Counted from the stretch's first letter, positions 12,131 through 26,392 are shown. The stretch: DNA of 64,000 bases from Selaginella moellendorffii (GCF_000143415.4 NW_003314275.1:2337419-2401418); one strand, 5' to 3'. Notes: generated by a model from the letters alone, not told the origin. Numbers and translations are program-made.

Positions 12131-14308
12131 GAGATGTGCTCCAGGTCGAGATAGCTTCGTGTCGGCTGGATATGCAGTGGAATAATTCCAGCACTGCCAA
12201 GGAAGAGAACATAGAATTCAGGTGGTTTTACAACAAACCTGGAGAATCGTCTCTTTGTTCAATGCAAATCCTTGATTTTGGAATTCTTCCTCCTTAAAGA
12301 ATCTAATGTCTTCACAACTCTCTATGGTCATTTAAAGCCTTTTTGGCAGCTCCTAGAAAGCTTGTGGTTGAAGAACTACATTTGTAATGAAGAGCAAGAG
12401 TCCCCAGGAGAGGCATGCAATCCATGACCTAGGTCAATCTGCTGAAATTTAAGTTGAACCTAAGTTGCAAAGATTGCAGGAAATTTCACTAAAGCATAAA
12501 ATAGTGATAAAGTCATCTCTTATCTGTAAATTGTTTTTTAAGTTTTGCCATCTTGAGTTTAAGTATCAGGTGTTGAGTAGGATTGATGCTAATCTACCGT
12601 CAAGCATCCAACCTTTTACATATTTATCTAAATATTTATTTCGAAATATTTCTGATATGTAGATGATAAAAGAAAATTTAAAAATTTTAAATATATTTAT
12701 TCAAAATGAAAGTAATAAGATACTTGAGTTTTATATTATTTTAAAAAATTATAAGTTAAATTTTTAGTTTAATATAAAATGATGGTAACATGAAGAACAA
12801 CAATATTTTCTAAATTTTGTAATATACTTCTTGTTTGCATCCTTTTAAAAAATATATATACTTATTTATCAGTTTTGATATAAAAAACAGGATCTTGTAA
12901 ATCCATGTAATAACTATAATTGAGATAAGGTTATTGCTAATGGCAATCCCCTTGGATCATTTATGATAAAAAATCAATCTCAATAGAGTTTGATTACAAG
13001 AAAATGATGAAAAGGAAACACAAAAGGAAGTTAAGCAATATAAATTATAACTAAACTTAATTCAATTTATAAATATTGATTATTAAGGTTAAAAATTGTC
13101 AATGTTGTGCCATTTCTAGCCTCCTGACAAGAGCTACATCACTATGTATAAGTGATATAATCTTAACAATTGCTCAATGTGGCCATCTTCCAATTGCTAT
13201 CATATTATTCCATATGTGTAATAACTCTGGCCCAATCCAATCCTAATGTTTTTAATTCAAGGGTTTGCTTTAAATAGCTATTAATAATATTTCATTATCT
13301 TGTGCATTTTTTGGAGGCTTATGTGCATCATATCATAATCATCCATAAAAGAGATGTATTGACTTGTAAAATTCCTTATAGAACAAGTTTTCACTAATAA
13401 ACCATCTTAAATATCTAAATTGAATTAATGCCTCCATTTTTTCTGCTTCTAAAGTAAACAATTACTCCTTTATTTTTGATAGTTAGGTTTAAAATGTAGA
13501 ACCTTTTAGTTGTTTCTTGATCAATATTTTGATAGCTTTTATATCCTTTTTAATGACTTATATTTTATTAAATCTTCTCCTTCACTTAGTCTATGTTTTT
13601 TTCATGGAGCTCACTGGTTATTTTAACCATGAATTTGTTAACTTCCTAGCTTTCTTTTATACAATAATTAGTGTATGTGTTTTCAAAGTGTTTTTTTGAT
13701 AATGTAGGCTTCTTGATTCCACATCTTTAAGGATTAATATTGTTAACAAAACAGTGATCCAAGAAGTCTTTATATTCTATAGCAATATTTAATTTCTCAT
13801 TATTATGACATAAATTTGGTGACAAATAAAAATGTTTTATTTGTCTTTGATAAAATTAAAATCTCCGGTAACAATCAATATTGAAGGTTACAAAGGGAGC
13901 TCCTTTAAGATCTCTTGAAAAAAACAACCCCTCTCTAATGAATGACTTACCAATGCATATACATTTAGAGAGCATTAGTCATATATTTGATTTTAAATTA
14001 AACACATTACATGTGATCCCAGAACCAATATTATGTCTATTATAAAGTAACTCCCACAAACCTTTAACCACTACTAGCATCCCCTTACTACATCCTATTG
14101 TCAAGTTCCAAAAGTTTTTTTTTTTTTTTCTTGCAAACTTATACACTAAATTCACACTTGAAAGACAATGCTTTTTCACACATAAAAAATCATTTGTGAT
14201 ATTCCTTATGATGTCAATAAAACTATCATACCTAGGCAAAACACATACTACATACTCACTATCAGGAAATTTGTTATGCATGTTTTTGTAAAAAGCATGA
14301 TATGTCCA

Positions 14309-14852
14309 TGTAGTATATGTGGTTTTCACCTTTATCCTATCGTGATTTACCATAGGATAACCATAAAGTGGAATCTAGACCCTCCATATGTCATATGCCA
14401 TATATCATATATCCAATGGACAGCAAAGTGGAACTTTTGTTTTAAGGCCACTCATTGGGCCACTGAATGAAGATATAGAGCTAAGCTCCCAAACTTGCAA
14501 CCAATGAGTGAAAGAACTGGAGTATGGTGTGATTTTTGAGCATTCAGCCCAAAAAGTGAAGGGACAGGAACATGGAGTGATGTAGGAACAATCTTAGAGC
14601 ATTCAACATTCTAATACCAAGACTAGCATGCAAAACGGACCTAAATAGAGTCTGACACTATTTCAATATACCAGTGGCCTAACGTAAAGATATGGGTATT
14701 TCATTAATTAACATGGTATAGAACTTGGACTTAGACCCAAGCTGGACGCAGAACAAAAATACGCATGCAAATAAGAGCTAAACTATGCCTTAGGTTATTT
14801 GGCCATGCTTGACCTACCCACTATCCCTACTATATATTTGGAACTTTTGACA
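14309..14852 (-). mobile_element. LTR of an unclassified retroelement family ('LTR-X'); related copies at ~23710-24567, ~32680-33375 and 62136-62490
   Basis: TG...CA ends (tgtag at 14309, tgaca at 14852). An adjacent purine tract on the - strand (CAAAGAGGGGGGGAT) resembles a PPT. The core gtgatttaccataggataac recurs in the other copies. Confidence 0.6.
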
Positions 14853-16099
14853 ATCCCCCCCTCTTTGAGGAACATATGCTTTGGGCTTTCAACTTTAACT
14901 ACCCTTAGTACCAGAAGTTAGTCTCTAGAACTAATTTGAAACTTATTAAATATGGAATGTCCCTAGATTGCAAATGTGGATACAAGACCAACACTATTGT
15001 GGTCAAAACAATCTTTACATTCCGTAGATTATGCCAAATAAATAGATCTAGACACTTTCTATAAATAGCATTTAGAACCAAATGGTACTTAACACAAGGC
15101 ATATAATAGTGAGGGTGTTTGGTAGACACGGTAAACTATCACTTAGCAAATATTAAGGGACTAAGCAAAATTTTGTGAGGGTTCCCAACATTAATAAGTG
15201 CAAGTTAATGAATGAGTTTCTCTAACCAGGTCAAGTATGTTTGACTAATAGCACTTAGGAATTCCATCCTGATGCTCATTTAGTCAAGTGCATACGCAAA
15301 GACCAGTTTCCTAATTAGCTTAGGCAAAAATTGAAAAAAAAGATTTAACAATACTAGCCTCTTGCCGTCATGGCAATAAAGAAAGAATATCCAAAAAAAA
15401 CTAGCCGATAGATAGCTTTTAATACCTAAAGTCACTTTTGCGACAGTCCACATCATAACTTGGAAAATGAGAAAGTTTAGAAATTAGATAAAATATGAAA
15501 TACCTACTCATCTTTTTAGGCTTATTTTGAATGCCCCTAATATCGATGCCAATAGGATCCATGATGCATTCAAAGGAGAATGACTTGAAATAAACTTCTA
15601 CTACATACATCATAAGCTCATACATCTAGTTGGGGTCGTTTAGTAAGATAAAAATGACATAGTTAACTTCGAGTAGAAATGTTTATGACAAGAAAAATAT
15701 ATCACACAGGTGGTCGAGTGTGAGAAAGTTTCTAGTCCTTGACTTCCCTATCAATATTTGAAGACTATTTGGAAAGGTGAAGAGAATGAAGTTTGCAAGG
15801 GCTTTTATATCTTTCAGCACTAATAGTCGAACTAGTGTTATATTTCCATGTTCATATCTTCTTTTGTGAAAGATGTCAACAATCTACTATAGAAGCCAAT
15901 GAAGACACCCACAATGCCTCGATGTGTTATTGGGAAAACAAGACAAACCTATAGAAGAGTCATATGAATAAAAAAGCTACCATCTTATGATTGTTTGGTA
16001 GTGAAATTAAAGCTTGATCTTGGTTATCAAATGGTGGAATATGAGTTTGATTCAGAGCTTCTTTATCTTCATCTCCATTGTCACTATATCATCATTAAA

Positions 16100-16360
16100 T
16101 TTGAACTTCTCATAAGGTCACCCAACCCAATACTATTTAAACCCAAAGAAGTTTAACCTCAAATAGCCTACCAATTGGAAAAAAGGTGCCCTTTATATTT
16201 GAACCTTGATAAATCATTTTTCAAATTAGTTTACAATCTAGCACACTTCCTTGCAAATTCACACCCTCCTGAAAAGTTGAGAACCACAACTCTCCCCGAG
16301 AGCCCCACTTTTTTATATTAAATATCCCAATACCCTACTCACAATTTGTGTGATATAGAT
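16100..16360 (-). mobile_element. Heavily decayed Cassandra fragment
   Basis: Reverse-complement similarity to 23857-24449 (5S-like box, internal domain), with many transitions and deletions. Confidence 0.6.
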
Positions 16361-16803
16361 AACCCTTTTTATCAATTTTCCAATATTGTAAATCATATCA
16401 TCTAGAGTTTTGTTCACTACAAAAGTAATATGTGTAATTGAGAAAAATGAAGCATGTGATAAAAAATTTATATTTGTGAATATAAAGTTTAACTATACTC
16501 TCTAGTCACTCCTTCAGCTTGTGATTGTTTGTGATACATACTAGTTTCTTCAACTTTGAAGACTTTACATATTGAATTTTATACTTAATTNNNNNNNNNN
16601 NNNNNNNNNNNNNNNNNNNNNNNNNNNNNNNNNNNNNNNNNNNNNNNNNNNNNNNNNNNNNNNNNNNNNNNNNNNNNNNNNNNNNNNNNNGCATAAAATT
16701 GATTGGGTTGTTGAACCAGATCATACCATCATTTCGAGTCTATAAGTGTTGAACAAGTGTTGCAAGATCATCACAATAATATTGTCAGATATCATACTCA
16801 CTC

Positions 16804-19800
16804 TGTCAAGACCCCCAATAAGATTAAAACTCGAAAATGTAGAAGACAAAGAGAAAAGCTAGTGGAAACAAAGAAGATGCCTTAAACTAGCGTTGATTCA
16901 GATGGTTGAGAAATGGAACAAAGTTAACCTATATATACTATAGGTTGATGAAGCTCCACCACTCTTGGATTGAAAACGGCCTAAATATAGCTAAGGGCCA
17001 CATCATCATCAGGAATGTGGCTCGAGATTCAGGAATCATATGGGAAATCAAAAAGTCAGGTATAGGGAAGTGTCTCGAGAGTCAAGAATGTGGTCTGCAG
17101 GTCAAGAATCCGGCGAGAGTCAAGAATGTGGCAAGAATTAGGGGATTCCTGACAACACCCCCTCCTCAAGAACGAGTGGAACAAGGACGTGAATGAGAAC
17201 GAAGAGGAGGATGAGATGGGTGGCGAGGGATGGGAGATGGAGAAAAAGAATGAGGATTGGGACGAGAAGGATAGCAGTGGTGGAAGTCCCGAACAAGGTC
17301 AGGAGAATGAATCAGGTTGTCCACAAGTTCCCAAGTGCATTCCACAGGTCTGTAACCCTTCCAGTCTACTAGATAGTAGAGTTTAGACCGTGAGATCTTG
17401 GAATCAAGGATGTCCTGAACCTCGTACTCAGGACATCCTCGAGCTGCACTGGTGGAGGTGGAGGAATGACCTGATTTGGAATAGGACTGGGAATATAAGG
17501 CTCAAGGAGAGAAGAGTGAAAAACGGGGTGAATTTGATATGAGGAGGGAAGTGTAAGGCGATAAGTGATAGGATTAATGATGGCAATGATAGGGAAAGGA
17601 TCGAGGCATTTGAAATCAAGTTTGGGACATAGTCTAGTGGTGGAGATATTTCACCTGAGGAGCCAGACTTTATCCCCGATATTATAAGGGGGACAATCCT
17701 GATGATAGATATTGGCAAATGTTTTGCTTTCAGGACGCATCCATGACATGAGGGTTTTTCGCAATTCAACCCTCAGGAACAAGATTGTAGCAAGGGAGCT
17801 GCTAACATTGTGAGATTCCTGAGCACGATGGAGGTGGAAGGAGATGGAGTTGTGGATTTCCTGGAGGTTGGAGATAAATGCCTCAAAGCGGGGATTTAAA
17901 CGAGAGGATTCAGATGGAAAAGGAAATGAGAGATTGAATCGGGGATTTCGGCGAGAGTTCGCAAAGAAGGGGGAAACTCGAAGGGAGGAGTGAACAGAAT
18001 TGTTATAAGAGAACTTAGCAAGGGGAAGGATATCAAACTAGTCATCCTGATGATAGTTGATAAAGCACCATAGGAATTGTTTTAACGTCTGAATCGTTTG
18101 CTCGGATTGTCCATCAATTTAAGGATGATATGTTGAAGAGAGGTTGGCCTTCACTCCAAGCAGCTGCAAGAACTGTTGCCAGAAATGAGAGATGACCTGA
18201 GGTCCCCGATCCAAAACCACATCTGCAGGAATCCCATGAAGTCCGAAAATTTCCCTGAATACCAATTTTGAAATATCCTCGCCCAAAAACTCCTTGGTAT
18301 ACGGCAGGAAGTGTGCCATCTTTGTGAAGCGATCCACCACGACTAACATGCTGTTGAAGCCTCCAGAACTCGGAAGATCACTCAAGAAATCTATAGAGAT
18401 GGATCCCAAGGACCTAAAGGGACCGGGAGGGAACAAAGCAAACTTGAAGGAAGGTGGTGAGGTACCTTATTCTGGGCGCAAGTGTCATAGGAGGTAACAA
18501 AAGCTTTGATGTAGTCATCCATGTGAGGCCACCAAAAGTCCTGTGCAACCAGCTCATAGGTTTTTGCAATGCCGAAGTGACCAGCAGTTGGGCTATTGTG
18601 GCACGCCATTAGGACCAACCTTCGAGCATCACCTTCAGGAATGTAAAGCTGCTCCCCACGGTACAACAAGCCATCTAAGAACTCGAACTTGTCAAATCAC
18701 AGGCAGTCGAGAGTCACTGGGTGTTCAGCTTGAAGATGGGGAAAAATGTCGCTGGTGAGATCGTTGGATTGAAGATCATTTTTGATCACATCCATCAATG
18801 AGGAGTCCTGAGGGGCCAGGGAAATTGCCATAACTTGAAGCCAATTAGGACCAAGGATAACCTGATCCTATTGATCGAAGGCAAGATTACTAGGCTTGAG
18901 ATTGAGATAGGAGCGCCTTGAAAGAGCATCAGGAAGGCCTTAAAGCTTTCCAGGTTTGTACTTGATAACAAAGTCAAACTGACTCAGGAATTGTGCCCAC
19001 CTTGTCTGACGACGGTTCAAAACTCGGGAAGTGGCAAAGTACTCGAGATTTTTGTGATCCGTCCAGACTGTTGTTTGATGGCTTGCCCCCTCCAAAAAAC
19101 GACGCCACTCTCCAAAGGAATCCACGATGGCAAGGAGCTCCTTGTCGTGGATTTCGTAATTGATCTCCGCAGGCTTGGAATTTTTGAGAATGGAAAGCGA
19201 CTGGATGAAATTTCTGATTTGCTCCGAGTTGAGACAACATAGCACCGATGGCAAAATTGGAGGCGTCAGCCTTGATGAAGAAAGGTTGTGAGGGATCAGT
19301 GTGGATCAAGATGGGAGCAGAACTGAAGGCCACCTTGAGTGTGTCGAAGGCTTGCTGGGTAGTAGTAGACCAAGAGAAGGGAACATCCTTGCGAGTGAAA
19401 TGCGTGAGAGGAAGGACAATGTCAGACTAGTGATCAATGAATTTGCAGTAGAAGTTGGCGAAGCCAAAGAAAACGTGAACGTCCAACATTGATTATGGAG
19501 GCTCTTATTTGAGAATAGTCTTGACTTTGGTAGGATCCATCATGATACCCTTAGAAGTGACAATGTACCTAAGGAACTCCATAGACTCTTGATCGAAGGA
19601 ACATTTTTCAAGCTTCGCATATAACCCGTGTTCCCGCAACTTCACCAGCACCTTGCGCACATGCTTGTCATGCTCCTCCTGAGTTTTTGAGTAGATGAGG
19701 ATGTCGTCGAGGTAGACGATCATTATCTGATCAAGAAACTCCCGAAAGATGTTGTTCGCCATGTGTTGGAAAACTGTTGGAGCATTTGTCAAGCCAAGTG

Positions 19801-22403
19801 GCATGACAGTGTACTCGAAGTGGTCATAGCAGGTTCGGAACGCAGTCTTCCATTTGTCGCTAGGCCGGATCCGGATCAGGTTGTATGTTCCACGGAGGTC
19901 GATCTTTGTGAAGAAGCGGGCACTACTGAGGCGTTCCAATAGGTCCGAGATTAGGGGTAGCGGATAACGGTTCCGAACAGTCACTATGTTCAAACCTCGG
20001 TAGTCGATAACTAGCCGCAAAATCCCATCCTTCTTCTTGACAAAGAAGACAGATGCTCCAGCCGGGGATTGTGAATGCTGAATGTACCCCGAGGCAAGAT
20101 TCTCATCCACGTACCCTTTGAGGGCTTTAAGCTTGGACAGAGATAACCCCTAGATAGGCCCCCACAAAGGTGACGCTCCTTCCTGTAAATCAATGGGACA
20201 GTCATAAGGCCGATGAATAGGCAGTACACTAGTTTTTTTCTTGTCAAACACATCCCCAAAATCATGATACTTCTCAGGAAGACTGACAGGAAAAACATGC
20301 AAAGCAAAAAGGAAAATAGGTTCTTCATGAAGGAGTTCTTTCATAGTGATTGTGGAGATAGGAGGAGGCGTACGACTAAATGAAATGATGAGACAAGGAT
20401 ACTGTCTAGTGTAAAATGGAAGAGAGGGAAAAGAAGAGGGTGAAAACTTCGTAGAGTCAGGAATAGAACCCCAATTTGAGTTGAGGGAACTTTTCTTGAG
20501 TCCGACTCAATGAACAGTAGGGGAAGCTATAGGAGATGGTGACGTGGGAGAGGCGAGCTGTAATTCCTTCCAACATATCTGAGGCTGGTGTAGTTGGAAC
20601 CAAGGAAGGCCGAGCATCACAGAGGAGGACTTGCTGTTGATGATGTTGAAGGCGATATCAGTGATGGTGGACCTGATGTGTACTTGAACGGGCAATGTTT
20701 CTCTAAGGCCAGAAGATGGAGACACAAAATGTCCACCTTCAACCCTCAGATCCTGTATGGTAGGAGAAAGAGGAACATGATGTCAGGTAGCAAAGTCTGT
20801 GTCCATGAAGTAGGAAATTGCACCCGAGTCCAATAGCGCCAAAGCCTTGAGTCCTGATTGTGTGGTGAAAGAAAGGAGACATGGGATGTGGAAGTTGTGG
20901 GAATTGATGGTGGCTTTGATGAAAGGTGGTGAGGAACTTGGTAAAGAAGAAAAGTGATTTTTATTCAGGGAGTCCAAACAGACAGCTCCTACTCTGTTTG
21001 GATAAGGTTGTTTCCCGACTGCAACAAACGTGGACCTTGAGGCAGAATGAACTCGAGCAGTCAAGGAGGCTTCTTGGGACACACAGTTGCTTTGTGATTA
21101 GGATCAGCACAGTAGAGACAAAGATTATGAGATATTCGCTTCTCAGCAGGACTCAACTTCCCTTTGATGAGTCAGGGAGTACCAGAAATATCCATCTGGA
21201 CCAGAGTAGTAGGTTTGGGAGTATGCCCCGAAGACTCAAGCTGGGATTCCTAAGTCTAAGACAGGAAAACGGCGGCGCGGTGACTTTCCTAATGATGTTC
21301 AAAGAGACGATTGTCACATCGAATAGCTTTGTTAATGGTGTCCAACAGGTCCGTGGGATCCTTCATAGTGAGCAACAAATCCTTGACACCATTGTTGAGG
21401 CCGAAACGAAATTGATCAATCAGGGCCTGCTCATCCCACTGAGTGTCCAAGGCAAGGAGTTGGAACTCTGCAGTATAGATCAAGGCAAGACGAGACCCTT
21501 GAGAGAGACATCTCATCTTTGTGGTGGCAGCCTGAACCCGATCCATCTCACCAAAACATGTTTCGAGCTTCTCTTTGAACAACTGAAAATCCATCAGCTC
21601 CGGAACCACAACCCTTTCATGCTCTTCTCTAGGAGAGGAGAAAACCATGACAAAGCTTCACCTTCGAGCAATGTCCTAATCGCACCGATTTGAGACTTGT
21701 AAATGGGGTACCGCCAATGTTGAAGTGCGAAGATTAGCTCCATTTGGTTCAGGAATCCGAGAAGCTCTGAACACTTGCTTGAAAATTTCACTAGGAAACT
21801 CACTTTTGGTTCAGGAACTTTGTTGGATCCTTGAGCCAAAAGTGAAGCAAGCTCCTACTACATGCAAAGAAGGGTTGCCTTCAGCTCGGTATTCTCAAAC
21901 TGGATTTTTGCAAGGACTTTGGCAAAGAAATTAGGATGGCTTGGAGACTCTATCGGCAAAGAAGAAAGAAAAAGGGGGAAAAAGGTAAAGACAGTCAAAC
22001 AATCAAAACGAGCTAAAGCAAAAATGAAAAAAAACACAATCTGAATCAAACTGTCAAGACCCCCAACAAGATTAAGACTCGAAAATGCAGAAAACAAAGA
22101 GAAAAGCTAGTGGAAAGGCTTTAAACTGGCGTTGATTTAGATTGTGAAGAAATGGAACAAGGCTAACCTATATATATTATAGGTTAATAAAGTTCTGCCA
22201 CTCTTAGATTGAAGACGGCCTAAATATAGCTAAGGTCGAGGAGGTGCCACGTCATCATCAGGAATGTGGCTTGAGATTCAGGAATCGTACAGGAAATCAG
22301 AGAGTCAAGAATAGGGAAGTGTCTCGAGAGTCAAAAATGTGGTTTGCAGGTCAAGAATTTGGCGAGAGTCAGGAATGTGGCAAAAATTGAGGGATTCCTT
22401 ACA
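16804..22403 (-). mobile_element. Full-length but mutated Ty3/Gypsy chromovirus (Tcn1/Tf1-like)
   Basis: LTRs 16804-17154 and 22052-22403 (TG...CA) with TSD CACTC (16799-16803 / 22404-22408) and PPT 17155-17168. Domains: gag (~21300-21950), protease ALLDSGA, RT VYLDDILIYS, RNase [11 protein letters not shown], integrase HNSPTAGHFG...VVDRFTK and chromodomain YLVDWKGY...TWE (~17300-17420). Many frameshifts and stops. Confidence 0.95.
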
Positions 22404-23014
22404 CACTCAACTCTACCAAAAACTAGAGTTGTTTTATATCATGAATAAAGTTCTACTTTTGGACAGAAAATTATCTAAGTCTACATTTAAATATAACAAA
22501 GCAAGTGAAAGTGGAGTTGAAAGAAATTTTTTAACAAACCTTGCATTGATCTTTTGGCAGGCCAAGATAGATCTATTGATATCCAAAGGAAGCTACATAC
22601 TTATGGTTACTATCAATAATTTGAAATATTATCCCTGCAAATTATTAAGTTTCAGAATGTCTAATAAGCATATTATTGAATTCAAAGGTCTTCCTCCTTT
22701 AAATAGGATCCCTGCATTTCACGATCTCAAGTGTGACGGTAATGATCTCTATTATTTCTAACTTGCAAAAAGCATATTACTACCTTTAGTGACCTGAAGG
22801 TCCTTTTAAAAATGTATGAATTAGTATTTGGATATTAAATGAAATATCTAAATAATCAGGTGCTAAAAGATTGATATTTGTGCCTATAAATATAGATGCA
22901 TTCAACTTGAATCAATACAAAATAGTGTTAGCAAAATATTTATTGATATGATATATTTGAATGGAATGTAGATCAAATTTAGTTTTAAAACTTACAAATA
23001 TATAATTAAAAAAC

Positions 23015-23070
23015 TAAATTTTTAATTTATAAATTTTTAATTTATAAATTTTTAATTTATAAATTTTATT
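23015..23070. repeat. 15-bp AT-rich tandem repeat (taaatttttaattta x ~3.5)
   Basis: Read directly from the sequence. Confidence 0.8.
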
Positions 23071-23856
23071 TATTAGTTTATTAAGTTTTATGCTAACTTA
23101 TTTATTAATGACTTATTTATTTGGTTAATATAAACTGAGGATTTTTGTTTTGTGCCTTGTAGCAATTGCCTAATATGTGTTTATATATTAAATTGTATTT
23201 TACACCACTTACTGAGTTTTAAATGTATTTTATAAAATATAGAAGATAAACAATAATGCTAAAATTAAATGAATTAAATAACTAGAGTTAAATGAAATTA
23301 GATGGGAAACTTAATAAAAGGAATGTTTATTTATAAGTATTTTTAAGTTATAGTTTATACAACTTCAGTTTATAAGTTGATACAAATGAAAAAAATTAAT
23401 ACAAAAATAATATATTGTCCTGATCTTGTTTTATCCAAAATTCATGTTAATCATTCATCAATTTTTAATTTAGTTAGGACTTATATTCTTTTTCTTCCTT
23501 CAGCCCTCTCACCATTTTGCTTGTAATCAAATTCTATTATAATTGATTTTTTGTCATAAATGGTGCAGATTTGGATTCATGCTCTTCATTACAAATATAG
23601 TTCTTCCACCACAAAAAAATTCTCTAGGCTTGTTGCAAAACCAATTGCTGGAGTCATTCCATTGTATATCTAGCAGACATGAAGCTATTTCGACCTAAAG
23701 CACATCTTTGTGTTCTTGTCCCTTCACTCCTTGGGCTAAATGCTCAAGAGTCATTCTATACTCTAATTCTTTTGTTTCTTGGCTCTAAATTTGGGAGTTG
23801 AGCTCTATCCCTTCGTTTAGTAGCCCAAGGCCCTGAAACTCAAGTTCCAATCCACT

Positions 23857-24449
23857 TGTAAGCAACCAAAAGGAACGACTCGAGAGACGATCCATGGGGT
23901 TCAAATATAGAGGGAAAGGGCCCATGAACAAGAGTGCACCCCCTTTTCCAATCAGTTAAGGGTCTTGGGATATTTGGGGTTAAGCGTCCTTGGGTTTGAA
24001 TAGTACTGGGCTAGGTGACCTCCCGGGAAGTCCAAACTCAGGAGCTTACATTTGGTATCAGAGGGGTCTCGGGTCCGACTCTGTTGGTTGGCTAAGGGAA
24101 TCACACCACATGTTGATTGACATCTGGCTGGTCCAGTTTGCTCCCGCTGGGCTCGACTCGAGGGGTAGGGTGTCAAGAGAGCGAGGCTCTCGAGAGAGTT
24201 GCGGCTCTCAGCTTCCGTTCACGAGGGCGTGAACTTGCAGGGAAGCGTGGTGGATTGTAAGCAACCAAAGGGAACGACTCGAGAGACGATCCATGGGGTT
24301 CAAATATAGAGGGAAAGGGCCCATGAACAAGAGTGCACCCCTTTTTCCAATCGGTTAAGGGTCTTGGGATATTTGGGGTTAAGCGTCCTTGGGTTTGAAT
24401 AGTACTGGGCTGGGTGACCTCTCGGGAAGTCCAAACTCAGGAGTTTACA
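23857..24449 (+). mobile_element. Complete Cassandra TRIM (5S rRNA-derived LTRs)
   Basis: LTRs 23857-24050 and 24256-24449 (194 bp, TGTAA...TTACA, nearly identical). PBS TGGTATCAGAGGG at 24053-24065, PPT ~24237-24255, TSD CCACT. Each LTR carries GGTTAAGCGTCCTTGGGTTTGAATAGTACTGGGCT(A/G)GGTGACCTC..GGGAAGTCC, the 5S internal control region. Confidence 0.93.
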
Positions 24450-25099
24450 CCACTATCCCTAGATACATGGTATGTGGCATGTGGCATATAAAAGGATAAG
24501 TTATGCTTTGTGGTTATCCTATGGTAAATCACTATAGAATAAAGGGTGAAAATCACGTATGCTATACTCACTGTTCATAGTAGTGTTCACCACCACCACT
24601 ATTAATTTAGAGCTTGAATGCCTATCCACTAAATTTTACTAACCTTTGATACTTCTTCACTATGTAACTATACCCTTGGTCACTAAACAAAAGGATTATT
24701 CCTCTTGCTTTCCATAATTTAAGACTTTAGAATGATAATTCGAAACATTGCAACTCAATGTAAGTCTCATGGGCATATGTACTCCCCCTATCTTCTGCCA
24801 TTAGGATGCCCTAACCATGTGGCTAAAGCAAGGTTCTAATGAGCCATACAAGACAATGCCACTCATACTTGAATTGGGAACATTAATCATTTGATCTTTC
24901 ACAACTATTAAATACTTCATCAAATAACCCCATTTATCTATCCATATTCACTTTAGCCTTAGACTCTTTAGTAATTATATCATTTTCCACCACATGGGTG
25001 TAGTCTTCCTTGGTCATATTAACCTTTTTTAGCCTCATTGATTCCACTTTGTAAGGATTTATTAAACCCCTTAGCATCTGGAGACAATCGCTTTAGGCT

Positions 25100-25330
25100 T
25101 TCACCCTTGGATTTAGTCTTGGTCTCAGTCTCAGTTTTGGTCTTGGCCTTAGTCTTGGTTTCAATCTCAATCTCGCTCTCGGATTTGAATTTGAATTTGG
25201 ACTCCCTCTCAAACCCAATCTTGACCTTCATTTCTCATACTTGATATTGGACTCCGTCTCAGACTTGGTACCAAAGTTGAAATCAGTCCTAGACTCAGTC
25301 TTAGACTAAGTCTCAGATTTGGTTTTAACA
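25100..25330. repeat. Decayed 6/12-bp tandem array (gactca/gtctca), similar to 38310-38570
   Basis: Repeated tcttgg/tctcag/actcag units; the encoded TKTKTETE/ISIS low complexity reflects this. Confidence 0.6.
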
Positions 25331-25849
25331 CTTTTATGTCTTATAACATTTACCATGTGTTAATTCTTTTTGTATTTTGTTTTAAAGACTTATTTTATCA
25401 ATCATTTTATGCTCATTCCCATTTTCAACTTTTTGAGTTGAAACTTTTAGTTGAACTTCCACTTTAGCCATTGTCACATGATATATTTTCAACTCCATTT
25501 TGGTGCTTAGGGATTTGTGTCTTACCGATCAAAACATGATTCTTGAAATGTAACCATATACCACAACATGCCTTGATTGCTGCCACAAACAGCCAAATGC
25601 AAATTCCTAGCTTTTGATATGACTTGCAAAGTGCTCAAAGTGATCTTTGGTTCCATATCCACAAGGAGGCAATGGAAAGGTTCCATTTGCCTTGGAATCC
25701 CAATGGAAAACCAAATAAGTGGTTGGAACCATTCCAAACATTAAAGGAAAATCATAAAACAAGTATTAAATAAAAAAATCAATCAATTAATCAAATATTA
25801 AAGGATCCTGCCATGTTGAGTTAAGAGACTGATCATAAAGAATTTTCAA

Positions 25850-26385
25850 TCTGGAGAGAATGAGCCTCTTGTATGCAAAAGACAGGATCATAATCCAGCT
25901 GCAAATTTCTTGGGGAATCACACCTTGTGAATTGGTTCCCACTATATCTGAGGTATGTGGAATTCAAGCTTTTTTACTGGAACGTTGCCACTCAACTTGT
26001 TGGATATGACAAAGGAGAACAAACTTGTCAACTTCATCAGCTCAAGCGGGCCTGTGAGATTGTTTTGTGCAAAGTTGACCACTTTGAGGTATAAGCAGTT
26101 CGCTAGCCTTGAGCTGATTTCTCTGTGGAACTTGTTCACAGAGATCCACGTAAGGCAGGTGCACCAAAAGTTGGCACCTTGCTCTGTATCGAGTTTCCAT
26201 GGAGGTTGAGATAACCAAGGTTTGTGCACTTATCCAGTGGAGGAACTTCATTGCTGAGTTTGTTGTCACTCAAGTCAAATATCTCTAGACGATCCAGCTG
26301 ACTAAATCCTCTTCGAATGCTACCTGATATATTGTTATAGTTGAGATGCAATCGCTGGAGAGTCTTCATCTATGTGATCGAATGT
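25850..26385 (-). pseudogene. Plant extracellular LRR (RLK/RLP) fragment
   Basis: LQRLHLNYNNISGSI, LEIFDLSDNKLSNEVP, LGYLNLHGNSIQSKVP and LKVVNFAQNNLTGPL fit the LxxLxLxxNxLxGxIP consensus. Frameshifted. Confidence 0.85.
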
Positions 26386-26392
26386 GGAATGG

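Noticed and set aside
23960-24035. 5S rRNA gene
   Set aside because: Only the central ~60 nt resemble 5S, and they are embedded in TG...CA LTRs with PBS, PPT and TSD, which identifies Cassandra.
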